DNA of 48,369 bases from an uncultured Candidatus Nitrosopelagicus sp. (GCA_937896695.1 CALBOT010000096.1:1-48369); one strand, 5' to 3'; shown: positions 1 to 7,979, counted from the stretch's first letter. The notes: a model not told the origin generated them from the sequence alone. Program-made: numbers and translations.

Positions 1-644
1 TGAGCACGTAATTTCTCATATGCTCTTGGGGCATCCTCTTCTTTGAGGACTATAACCAACCCATCTTGGGTGAATAGGGCATCGGCCATATCAATTCCAT
101 TGTAGTGTAGGATTTCAGTTACAAATGCCATCACATCTGAGCGGCTATGATCTTCTGGAACTGAGACCTTGATTTTTGCCAATCCCGAATTGTACTGATT
201 TTCTCTTGGCAGGGACTGGAAGTGTCTTCTTACTCTATCACTGTCTTCAGTTAGAATTCTGAAAGAATCTCCAAATCTGAAAAATTCAGAATCAGTAAAC
301 TCTTTGTGGAATTCATTTAACATTCTTGCCATCTCATCACCTGCATCAGTCATGTTCCAAGAAAGGCCCATAATTCCATCTGTCAGGGTTAATCTTGCAT
401 CTTTCAGGACTGGTTCTTCTGTAACTTCTTCTTTGATATCAAAAGAGTCAGCATATCGCTTTATGGCAACTACAATGGTATTGAGATTGACTGAATTTCC
501 TAGTGTTTTTTCAACATCTGGTTGGATTTTCACTGCTAAAGCGGTGTAATTAATGAGATCCATCTTCATACAGTCGTAAATTGAGCGATTTCTAGTAATG
601 ATTTCACGCACAACTTCAGGTACAGAAACACCACTAGTTCTCAT
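1..644 (-). CDS. Conserved archaeal protein, probable ACT-like regulatory domain (3' end truncated by window edge)
   Basis: Not in ORF track. Manual translation from ATG at 644: MRTSGVSVPEVVREIITRNRSIYDCMKMDLINYTALAVKIQPDVEK..., appears open to the window start. The 'LINYTALA' motif resembles archaeal ACT-domain proteins. Confidence 0.65.
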   Translation of the reverse strand, partial: MRTSGVSVPEVVREIITRNRSIYDCMKMDLINYTALAVKIQPDVEKTLGNSVNLNTIVVAIKRYADSFDIKEEVTEEPVLKDARLTLTDGIMGLSWNMTDAGDEMARMLNEFHKEFTDSEFFRFGDSFRILTEDSDRVRRHFQSLPRENQYNSGLAKIKVSVPEDHSRSDVMAFVTEILHYNGIDMADALFTQDGLVIVLKEEDAPRAYEKLRA

Positions 645-731
645 AAAGTGTAATATATTCACAGATATAATAATATTATGTAATTATAGGCACAAACTGT
701 AACTATACTAATGAATATTAAATAAAACTTA

Positions 732-757
732 TATAATGTCATACCTATTACATTATA
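732..757. promoter_or_regulatory. Inverted repeat TATAATGT-N10-ACATTATA overlapping the hsp20 TATA box/start region
   Basis: tataatgt at 732-739 and acattata at 750-757, directly upstream of a GAGGT RBS and ATG 767. Confidence 0.5.
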
Positions 758-766
758 GAGGTAAAT

Positions 767-1300
767 ATGACAACGTTTCACAACGAAATCAATAGAATCT
801 TCAAAGAAATGTCACGCTCCTTTGGAAGTGTAGATGACATCTTTGAGGCTCTACAAAACACTAACGGGGTTTCTGGTCCAATCTATTACGGTTATACCAT
901 GACCGTTGGACCTGATGGAAAACCCGTTATCCAAGAGTACGGAAATGTCAAGCCAGACAGTTTACCTGCTACAGACGCTTGTGGATGTGCCAACCAACCA
1001 CAAGCAGCTACTGCTGAGAAGAGAGAACCTCTGATAGACACTTTGGTTGACGACAAGGAACAAACTCTCAAGATTGTTGCCGAGATGCCAGGTGTTGAAA
1101 AGACTGATGTGAAAGTCTTTGTGGATGAAGATATTGTCCACATTGATGCCAAGCATGGCGAAAAGAACTACCATGTTAATGTCCCAATTCATCACAAGGT
1201 CGATTCAGACTCTCCAAAAGCTACCTACACAAATGGTATCCTTGAACTAACATTCGATTTGGATACCAAGCCAAGCGGTAGATCTGTAGACGTACTCTAA
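767..1300 (+). CDS. hsp20: Small heat shock protein Hsp20 (archaeal type)
   Basis: YGYTMTVGPDGKP..EYGNV N-terminal motif, REPLID, AEMPGVEK and ATYTNGILE alpha-crystallin motifs. Confidence 0.95.
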   Translation: MTTFHNEINRIFKEMSRSFGSVDDIFEALQNTNGVSGPIYYGYTMTVGPDGKPVIQEYGNVKPDSLPATDACGCANQPQAATAEKREPLIDTLVDDKEQTLKIVAEMPGVEKTDVKVFVDEDIVHIDAKHGEKNYHVNVPIHHKVDSDSPKATYTNGILELTFDLDTKPSGRSVDVL

Positions 1301-1313
1301 TCCCCTTTTTTCT
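1301..1313 (+). terminator. Pyrimidine/oligo-U terminator
   Basis: TCCCCTTTTTTCT immediately after the hsp20 stop. A near-identical tract follows the stop at 18170. Confidence 0.5.
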
Positions 1314-1386
1314 AAAATAATTCCAAAATTCATGCCTAATCATGTCTAATTCTAAAATTTTAATTGGCAACTAAATTACCAATGAT

Positions 1387-1764
1387 GTGATGTTAAAAGA
1401 TCTACTTTCTGATATTGTCAAAGTTGATGATATTCTGATGGTAGTCAAAAGTAATGGTGCCACAAGTGAAATGAGAAGTAATTCCCTTTCAATTAGACAA
1501 AAAGAGCAATGGATTACTATAGGAGAAAATGACGGGCCATGTCACATGCATGTTAATAATGATATGATTAAAAATGCAGAATTTGTTGTGGAAGAAAAGC
1601 CTGAGAGAACCAGTTACAGTATACGATTTTTTGACGAAAATGGAACACGTGTTCTGGGGTGTTTTTTTACAAAAATGTATGATGAATCTAAAAAAATCAA
1701 ATTAGACAGAAAAAAGCTATATGATAATCTACAAGAAAAATATGGCAAAAAAATACAATATTAA
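1387..1764 (+). CDS. ChuX/HutX-like heme-utilisation family protein
   Basis: SNGATSE, CHMHVN and SYSIRFFDENG..VLGCF pattern typical of the ChuX/HutX/HemS fold. Confidence 0.65.
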   Translation: MMLKDLLSDIVKVDDILMVVKSNGATSEMRSNSLSIRQKEQWITIGENDGPCHMHVNNDMIKNAEFVVEEKPERTSYSIRFFDENGTRVLGCFFTKMYDESKKIKLDRKKLYDNLQEKYGKKIQY

Positions 1765-1781
1765 GAAAATTTTCTATTAAA

Positions 1782-1973
1782 CTAGCCAGAATTTATGAAC
1801 ACTTTCGAGTTTGATACTGATATCATCTCAATCATCTTAATTGGAATATTTTCTCTTTCTGATGCCTCTACCATTTCATCATGATGGGTATCATTGAGAT
1901 GCTTTAGAAATTCTTCTTCTTCAATATCGTTTTTCTTAAAATCACAAGATGGGTAAACACAGTTAAAATTCAA
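1782..1973 (-). CDS. Small Cys/His metal-binding protein (DUF1059-like)
   Basis: CVYPSCDF...EEEFLKHLNDTH gives a C-x4-C...H-x4-H arrangement. Confidence 0.7.
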   Translation of the reverse strand: MNFNCVYPSCDFKKNDIEEEEFLKHLNDTHHDEMVEASERENIPIKMIEMISVSNSKVFINSG

Positions 1974-2006
1974 TAATTTTTGAATGAATAATTTGTATAA
2001 AAATGA

Positions 2007-2423
2007 CTAATATCTTCCGCGTCCACGGTCGTCTCTTGCTGGTTTACGTTCTTGGAAACAGTCGTTACAATAAACTGGTTTTTCTCCATTTGGTTTGAAT
2101 GGAACTTGACATTCTGTTCCACATTCTGCACATGTAGTTGTGTGCATTTCTCGTGGTGGTCTGTCTCTTCCAAATCTTCCACCACTGCGTCCGTTTCTGC
2201 CATATCCTCCGGCTCCACGTCCGCCTCCTCCAAATCTTCCACCGCCACGGTTTCCGCCAAATCGGCCTCTTCCACGGTCATTTCTTGCTGGTTTGTGATC
2301 TTGGAAACAGTCGTTACAATAAACTGGTTTATCTTGTCTTGGTTCAAATGGAACTTGACATTCTTTTCCACAATCTCCACAAGTTGCGTCATGCATTTCT
2401 CGTGGTGGTCTATCATAACCCAT
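2007..2423 (-). CDS. Tandem CxxC-x17-CxxC zinc-ribbon protein with RGG-rich linker
   Basis: Two copies of REMH..C..CG.ECQVPF.P...KPVYCNDCFQ separated by a G/R/F-rich linker. Confidence 0.9.
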   Translation of the reverse strand: MGYDRPPREMHDATCGDCGKECQVPFEPRQDKPVYCNDCFQDHKPARNDRGRGRFGGNRGGGRFGGGGRGAGGYGRNGRSGGRFGRDRPPREMHTTTCAECGTECQVPFKPNGEKPVYCNDCFQERKPARDDRGRGRY

Positions 2424-2513
2424 AATCTTTCTGAACTTTGAATAGTCAGCCCCTAATTATACTAAGGGATCTAATTTGATCAAACTTAAACACCCAAAAC
2501 ACCCTTTTCTGAT

Positions 2514-2807
2514 ATGCGATTTTTTGGCAAGTCTAAAGAGGAAAAGATGGCTGAAACACAAGCAAAACAGGCACTAAAAAACGGCAAGGATTTGAAGCAA
2601 GTTCTCACAGCATTAAAAGAAAATCGTGATCAAATTGAGCAAAGTACAGGCAAGAGACCTGACATAGATGATACGACAAAACTCTTCATGCAGAAAGTTC
2701 TCAATGTCTGGATTTCAGAAGGTCGAGATATTGATGATGAAAAGTTTTGGGAGGCAGTAGATTACAACAAGCAGTTTGATTATCCAGTTGAATACTATGA
2801 AAGATAA
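2514..2807 (+). CDS. Hypothetical protein
   Basis: Clean 97-aa ORF with a TATA-like CTTAAA ~25 nt upstream of the ATG. Confidence 0.8.
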   Translation: MRFFGKSKEEKMAETQAKQALKNGKDLKQVLTALKENRDQIEQSTGKRPDIDDTTKLFMQKVLNVWISEGRDIDDEKFWEAVDYNKQFDYPVEYYER

Positions 2808-2816
2808 TTTTAGAAA

Positions 2817-2978
2817 TTAACAGTTTGGGCAACTAGGACCGTAATCCCTCTTGATCTTTCCATGAGCCTTTACCATATGTCTCATCAGTCTATCAGTGGC
2901 AGTAAAATTCATTCCACAAATTCTGCATAACGTTCCGGTGATGACTATCTCTTTTGGTTTTTTTCCAAATAAGCCCAT
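2817..2978 (-). CDS. 53-aa C2H2 zinc-finger microprotein
   Basis: Not in ORF track. MGLFGKKPKEIVITGTLCRICGMNFTATDRLMRHMVKAHGKIKRDYGPSCPNC has a canonical C-x2-C-x3-F-x5-L-x2-H-x4-H motif. Confidence 0.85.
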   Translation of the reverse strand: MGLFGKKPKEIVITGTLCRICGMNFTATDRLMRHMVKAHGKIKRDYGPSCPNC

Positions 2979-3039
2979 GAAAAATTTCTAGGATATTGGT
3001 TAAAAAACGTTATTTTGGAAACAAAAAGAGAGAGTGGGT

Positions 3040-3360
3040 CTATGGTTCCACTACTGCAAGCTTCTCATAGATTCTGTCATAGTAGCCGTTCTTGTCGCTA
3101 GCTGGTGCGTAAAATTCTGCAGAAATTACATCACCGACGCTTGCTGAACAGTCACTTACTACAACGGAGTTACCCACTTGGGATTCACCAACACATCCAT
3201 AGTCGGTTACTGCAATCACAGTAATCTCTTCTGCGTATTCTGTTGGCATCCAGTTCCACGGAGCTAGGAGTAGTGTTAGGATTACGGCTGTGCCGGCTCC
3301 TACAAGTCCTAGCATTGCTATCCGTGAAATGCCTTCGTGTTTGAGTGATGTCTGTTGCAT
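3040..3360 (-). CDS. Membrane-anchored hypothetical protein
   Basis: Likely start MQQTS at 3360. One N-terminal TM helix, then an acidic small domain with 2 Cys. Confidence 0.75.
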   Translation of the reverse strand: MQQTSLKHEGISRIAMLGLVGAGTAVILTLLLAPWNWMPTEYAEEITVIAVTDYGCVGESQVGNSVVVSDCSASVGDVISAEFYAPASDKNGYYDRIYEKLAVVEP

Positions 3361-3427
3361 TTTCCTCACTATGTCTACGCACTCAGAACATATAACCAAG
3401 TGATAAAAATACAAACTAGTGGTAACT

Positions 3428-4075
3428 TTAGTTCACTAATGCCATTGCCCTGATTGGTGAACCTGTAGCATTTTTGAGTTTTAGTGGTGCTATTATCAAA
3501 TGAAATGTTTCTGAATTAATTTTATCAAGGTTTGCCAAATTTTCAGCAATCAAAACGCCCTCTTTTGCCAAAATATGATGAACAGAAAATTTTCCATTTT
3601 TTCCTAAATCAATACTTGGAGAATCAATTCCAACAAGATTAATTTTTTTTGAAGCCAAGTATTTTGCAGCAGATACTGCTAGTCCTGGATTTTTTAAAAA
3701 GTACGATTTCTTGTTTAAGTTCTTTTGCCAATCTGTATGGAAAATAACAGTTGAACCGTCATCTATCTTTTCAAATTTTTTCTCAAATTTTTGTATGTCA
3801 CTTTTTGTGATTGCCTGATCCGGACCTTTTCTAATTTTTATCAAAATGGCTTCTGTAACCAGTCTTTTAGTCATGATTTGGTCGATTTTTTGCCCTTTTT
3901 TGACAAAATGATACGGTGCGTCAAGATGAGTTCCAGTATGGGTGCTCAGAAACAATAACTCAAGATTGTATCCGTCTTTTTCTATGCTCTCCCAATTTAT
4001 GAAGTTAGGTTGGGGAGAGCCAGGAAACGTAGGAATTTTCTCAGAAATTGTTAATGTTAAATCAATTACTTTCAT
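3428..4075 (-). CDS. Cyclase family / kynurenine formamidase-like metal hydrolase
   Basis: HTGTHLDAPYH motif, VGIDSPS and GSPIRA. Confidence 0.92.
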   Translation of the reverse strand: MKVIDLTLTISEKIPTFPGSPQPNFINWESIEKDGYNLELLFLSTHTGTHLDAPYHFVKKGQKIDQIMTKRLVTEAILIKIRKGPDQAITKSDIQKFEKKFEKIDDGSTVIFHTDWQKNLNKKSYFLKNPGLAVSAAKYLASKKINLVGIDSPSIDLGKNGKFSVHHILAKEGVLIAENLANLDKINSETFHLIIAPLKLKNATGSPIRAMALVN

Positions 4076-4122
4076 ATCGATTGGTACATCTATGAAAAGT
4101 TAAATATTGTATTTGAGGCTTT

Positions 4123-4389
4123 TTGATATTGCCAACCTCCTATGTATTGATTAACTCAAATCTTGGAACCGATGTTCAAATTATCAAAAATGTCAAAGAA
4201 TTACTAGCAAACCAGAATGATGTAAAACTTGAGATTCAAGGTGTATATGGCGTTTATGACATAATTGTAAAACTATCATCTGATAACAGTGAAAAGTTAA
4301 GATCAATTGTAACTGATGAAATTAGAAAAATTGAAAATGTTCAATCTACCTTGACGATGTTAGTAATTGAACAACAAGAAAAATCATAA
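4123..4389 (+). CDS. Stand-alone Lrp/AsnC ligand-binding (RAM) domain protein
   Basis: YVLIN...GVYGVYDIIVK...IRKIENVQSTLT; no HTH domain. Confidence 0.88.
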   Translation: MILPTSYVLINSNLGTDVQIIKNVKELLANQNDVKLEIQGVYGVYDIIVKLSSDNSEKLRSIVTDEIRKIENVQSTLTMLVIEQQEKS

Positions 4390-5529
4390 TTTCTTTAATT
4401 CTTCTACCAGGTTCAAAATCTCTTCTTTTGTATTGTATATGTGAGGAGAAATTCTCAAAATTGGTTTTTCATAAATTTCTCTTTTTGCAATGATTATTCC
4501 TTTCTCGGCCAATTTTGAAACAATTTTTTCAGGATCGTTTTTTTTAATCTCAAATGAAACTATGCTTGTTCTGTCAGATTCATTTTCTGGACCAAAAACT
4601 TTCGACTCAGGAATCTTTCCTATCTCATCTATGAACAAATTTGACAAATTTATGATATGATTTCTAATATTATTCCATCCTAGATTTTGCAAAAAGGTAA
4701 CTGATGATTCCATTCCTGCCAATCCTACATAATTTCTAAATCCTGTCTGAAACCTGTCCGGTAATTCTTTGTACGATAAATTACCATCTTTATTGGTCTC
4801 TGCAGACTCACCTCCAATGTTTAGTGGTTCTAGTAAATCACTTGATTCTCGTTTGCAATAAAATATTCCAGTACCCATTGGTCCGCACAGCCATTTAGAG
4901 CCATTAAATGACATAAAATCACATCCCGTATCTGCAAAATCAAATTCACCAATGCATCCTACTGTTTGGGCTGTGTCCAGAAAATATGGAATGTTTTCTT
5001 TTTGCAATTCTTTTCCAATTTCTTTTACTGGTAGAATTAAACCTGAATTGTATAGGCCGTGACTTAATGCTACCAATTTGGTTTTTTTATCTAATAATTT
5101 TCTCAAATCTGAATTTAGAAATTCTCCATTTTCATTAATCGGCAAACTTCGTACGTCAATTTTCTTTTCAAGTTTTAACCAAGGAAAATAATTTGCATGG
5201 TGTTCATGTTCTCCTCCTCTTATAACAATATTGGAGTTATCTTCAAATTTCATTCCGTTTGCAACATTGTTTATTCCATCAGTAACGCTTTGTGTAATTA
5301 TAATTTCATCAGGATTGCACTTTACTACTTTTGCAATAGATGTCCGAGTCTTTTCCCATAATTTTTTTATGAAGATCTCTGACTCTGGAGAATCCGGTCC
5401 CATTTCTGAGTAATCTATGAGAAATTGTTTCATTTTCTCTATACTTGTTTTTGGCATCACTGAAACTGATGCATTATTCAAGTAGGTTTTGCCAGTTTGA
5501 AATTCTTCAGAAATTGAATCAAAATTCAT
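4384..5529 (-). CDS. Class V PLP-dependent aminotransferase/lyase
   Basis: YLNNAS, EHHAN, DTAQTVG, SKWLCGPMGTG (PLP lysine) and RISPHIYN. Confidence 0.92.
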   Translation of the reverse strand: MNFDSISEEFQTGKTYLNNASVSVMPKTSIEKMKQFLIDYSEMGPDSPESEIFIKKLWEKTRTSIAKVVKCNPDEIIITQSVTDGINNVANGMKFEDNSNIVIRGGEHEHHANYFPWLKLEKKIDVRSLPINENGEFLNSDLRKLLDKKTKLVALSHGLYNSGLILPVKEIGKELQKENIPYFLDTAQTVGCIGEFDFADTGCDFMSFNGSKWLCGPMGTGIFYCKRESSDLLEPLNIGGESAETNKDGNLSYKELPDRFQTGFRNYVGLAGMESSVTFLQNLGWNNIRNHIINLSNLFIDEIGKIPESKVFGPENESDRTSIVSFEIKKNDPEKIVSKLAEKGIIIAKREIYEKPILRISPHIYNTKEEILNLVEELKKL

Positions 5530-5557
5530 TATATATCCGATTCAAAAATCATTACTG

Positions 5558-6106
5558 TTGGATAAAAACCATACAACATTTGAAAATTTTCAATTATTAG
5601 AAGAAAATTTAGTTTCTTCTAGCTCAAACCTTCTTTTTTATGAAAACGCCTTTTCTAAAATACAATTAATCAAAGAAATTATATCAAAACAAACTCTTCC
5701 TGTCCTATACGTTGATCTTGATCTTCTTTTTTTTGGATATGTCAAATCAGAACTACTCGCAATTCCTAATCTAACATTATTTACCACACTGGAATCAAAA
5801 GTAAATGAAATTCTTCCCAAAATATTTACAAAAATTTCAGAAAAACCTCATCTTGTAATCTTTGATTCAATTAATGGATTATACAATACCCTTTCAAATG
5901 ACGCAGATTCTGGGAGAACTGTAAATTCAATGTTGATGCTTTTGGCAAGAAATGTTGCTTTCTCAAATTCCATTTTGATCATTTCTGCTTTGGCTACAAA
6001 AAAAGAGAATGACTGGATTCTTTCAAATGGTCGTCAAATTCTCGAAAATGAAAATGTGAAAAAATTTGTAATTGCTGATCGATCAAAAATTTTAATTGAA
6101 AATTAA
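5558..6106 (+). CDS. Hypothetical protein, possibly degenerate RecA/KaiC-like fold
   Basis: VLYVDLD and LVIFDSINGLY (Walker-B-like) are present, but there is no Walker A. Confidence 0.6.
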   Translation: MDKNHTTFENFQLLEENLVSSSSNLLFYENAFSKIQLIKEIISKQTLPVLYVDLDLLFFGYVKSELLAIPNLTLFTTLESKVNEILPKIFTKISEKPHLVIFDSINGLYNTLSNDADSGRTVNSMLMLLARNVAFSNSILIISALATKKENDWILSNGRQILENENVKKFVIADRSKILIEN

Positions 6107-6113
6107 TTTTCCT

Positions 6114-6149
6114 CAAACGCTGTTATAAAAAATCCAAACGGCGTTATAA
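6114..6149. promoter_or_regulatory. Tandem direct repeat CAAACGnnGTTATAA upstream of ferredoxin
   Basis: caaacgctgttataa at 6114-6128 and caaacggcgttataa at 6135-6149, a 21-bp period. Confidence 0.55.
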
Positions 6150-6199
6150 TTCGCAATTTTTAGGCAAATTATATTAAGCTCAAATTACCATAATTTTTC

Positions 6200-6505
6200 A
6201 TGCCAGTAGCAATACTACCAGACATCGGTGAACAAATGTGCATTGGATGCGCACTATGTGTTGAAATTTGTACATCTTTAGGTCCTGATGTCCTAAGAGT
6301 AAAACCAGTCGAAGGCTGGAAACGAGGAAAAGCATTTGTCTTTTATCCTGAAAGATGCATCACCGACGGTGCATGTATCGGAGTTTGCCCAACAAAAGCA
6401 ATCTTTTGGATGAGACCAATGGACTTTACTGTAGGACAACCTGTCCCATTATACAGAAACTCTGTTTTCGTCAAAGGTTGGGACGACTATATCATGGAAG
6501 ATTAG
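6200..6505 (+). CDS. Dicluster ferredoxin
   Basis: CIGCALCVEIC and CITDGACIGVCP motifs. Confidence 0.93.
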   Translation: MPVAILPDIGEQMCIGCALCVEICTSLGPDVLRVKPVEGWKRGKAFVFYPERCITDGACIGVCPTKAIFWMRPMDFTVGQPVPLYRNSVFVKGWDDYIMED

Positions 6506-6571
6506 TCGACCAAATTTCTTTTTATTATATTTTATTTTATTCTTATATTATGATGCCATATTGCATATCTT

Positions 6572-7066
6572 ATGACCAAAATTGGAGATGCAAAACGTAA
6601 ACTTCACGGAAAACTAACAGGAAGGCCAGATAATTTTTCCTGGTTGATTGAAGGCAAGCTTGCAGGAAGTGCAATTCCTACATCCAAAAAAGAAGTTGAA
6701 TGGTTGCAAGAAGAAGGTGTTAAAACAATTGTAACAATTAGGGAAGTACCATTGGATGAAGATTGGATAGATAACATGAACTATCTACATGTGTTGTCTG
6801 ATGATATGGGTGTTCCAAGCTTTGAAGACTTGAAAAACTCAGTCGATTACGTTCACAAAAAAATTCAAAACAAGGAACCTGTAATGGTTCATTGTTTAGC
6901 TGGTCTAGGACGTACTGGAACAATTCTCGCTTGTTATTTGATAAAGTATGAAAAAATGTCAGCCGAAGATGCAATTCAACATGTTAGAGAAAAACGACAC
7001 GGTTCAATTCAGTCATATGTACAAGAAGAAATAATTTTTCAATATGCAAAAACTCTAAACAATTAG
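6572..7066 (+). CDS. Dual-specificity protein phosphatase
   Basis: HCLAGLGRTG (CX5R) active site and NFSWLIEGKLAGS N-terminal motif. Confidence 0.93.
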   Translation: MTKIGDAKRKLHGKLTGRPDNFSWLIEGKLAGSAIPTSKKEVEWLQEEGVKTIVTIREVPLDEDWIDNMNYLHVLSDDMGVPSFEDLKNSVDYVHKKIQNKEPVMVHCLAGLGRTGTILACYLIKYEKMSAEDAIQHVREKRHGSIQSYVQEEIIFQYAKTLNN

Positions 7067-7067
7067 T

Positions 7068-7220
7068 TTATTCTGGAATTGATTCAGAAACTAATTTGCC
7101 ATCAACAACTTTGATTTTTAATCGTATGTCGTCTTTGAAAACTAAGGTCAATCCGCCTTCTTCATCAGGATCTTGAACCTCAATCAAATCCTGCATTCTT
7201 ATTCCATCAAATTTTACCAT
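7068..7220 (-). CDS. 50-aa acidic microprotein (paralog B)
   Basis: Not in ORF track. MVKFDGIRMQDLIEVQDPDEEGGLTLVFKDDIRLKIKVVDGKLVSESIPE aligns gap-free with its neighbour. Confidence 0.85.
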   Translation of the reverse strand: MVKFDGIRMQDLIEVQDPDEEGGLTLVFKDDIRLKIKVVDGKLVSESIPE

Positions 7221-7226
7221 CTTGAA

Positions 7227-7379
7227 TTACTCCGGAATTGAGACGGTTTCAATCTTTCCGTCTACTGCTTTAATGAACATGAATCTATTGTCTTTCAAAA
7301 TTATTGTAATACCGCCTTCTTTATCTGGCTCTTCAACTTCTAAAACTGGTTGTCCAAGTAATCCATCGTATTTTGCCAT
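7227..7379 (-). CDS. 50-aa acidic microprotein (paralog A)
   Basis: Not in ORF track. MAKYDGLLGQPVLEVEEPDKEGGITIILKDNRFMFIKAVDGKIETVSIPE, with a GAGGT RBS upstream. Confidence 0.85.
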   Translation of the reverse strand: MAKYDGLLGQPVLEVEEPDKEGGITIILKDNRFMFIKAVDGKIETVSIPE

Positions 7380-7398
7380 ATTATTACCTCAAATTCAA

Positions 7399-7944
7399 CT
7401 AATTAATACTTATTTCAATCTCGTCAGATTGGTTTTTGGCATCTCCTTTTTTTATGTAAGGATGTGTTTCCCATGAAGCAAATGCTTCTGCAGAAATTTT
7501 ATGATTACCTGTTCCTAATTCTGATGCATTAAATGTGAACTTTTCTTCAAAGTCAAAAAACTCCTTTTTTACATCTTCTTCAGTTAACGCAATGTATGGC
7601 TCAAAATTCTTAGCTACCTGAACCCATATTCTTCTATCTTTCATAGGATTTACTAATTTTGGGTTTCTAGTCCAGAAAATTGATGCTTTTCTGTATGTAT
7701 CAATTGGTTTACCCAATTCATGTTTTCGAAGACCACCTTTGGCTAATTTTATGCCATACTTCAATTTGATAGTATTATCATTTTCATCATATGCCTGCGT
7801 CCAATTTTTCTCATTAAATGCATCTCTTAATCCTCCTGTAAGTGAAAATCTAGCAGTAATAGTAATTTTTTCATCACTTGTATACTCATCTTTTTCTTTA
7901 CCAAGAGTCATTGCTGAAATCTGAGTTTCGGACATTATTGACAT
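7399..7944 (-). CDS. Hypothetical protein (beta-rich)
   Basis: Clean 181-aa ORF, divergent from rpoL. Confidence 0.8.
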   Translation of the reverse strand: MSIMSETQISAMTLGKEKDEYTSDEKITITARFSLTGGLRDAFNEKNWTQAYDENDNTIKLKYGIKLAKGGLRKHELGKPIDTYRKASIFWTRNPKLVNPMKDRRIWVQVAKNFEPYIALTEEDVKKEFFDFEEKFTFNASELGTGNHKISAEAFASWETHPYIKKGDAKNQSDEIEISIN

Positions 7945-7979
7945 TGATTTATATCCACAATAAGTTCTTTTTTGATCAA

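Noticed and set aside
304-549. 81-aa plus-strand ORF
   Set aside because: Antisense shadow of the edge-truncated minus-strand gene at 1-644.
1970-2441. Overlapping alternative-frame ORFs (1970-2416, 2052-2441, 2138-2425)
   Set aside because: Shadows of the GC-rich repetitive CxxC gene at 2007-2423.
7222-7476. 84-aa plus-strand ORF in the track
   Set aside because: It is antisense to the better supported 50-aa paralog and to the 3' end of the 181-aa gene.
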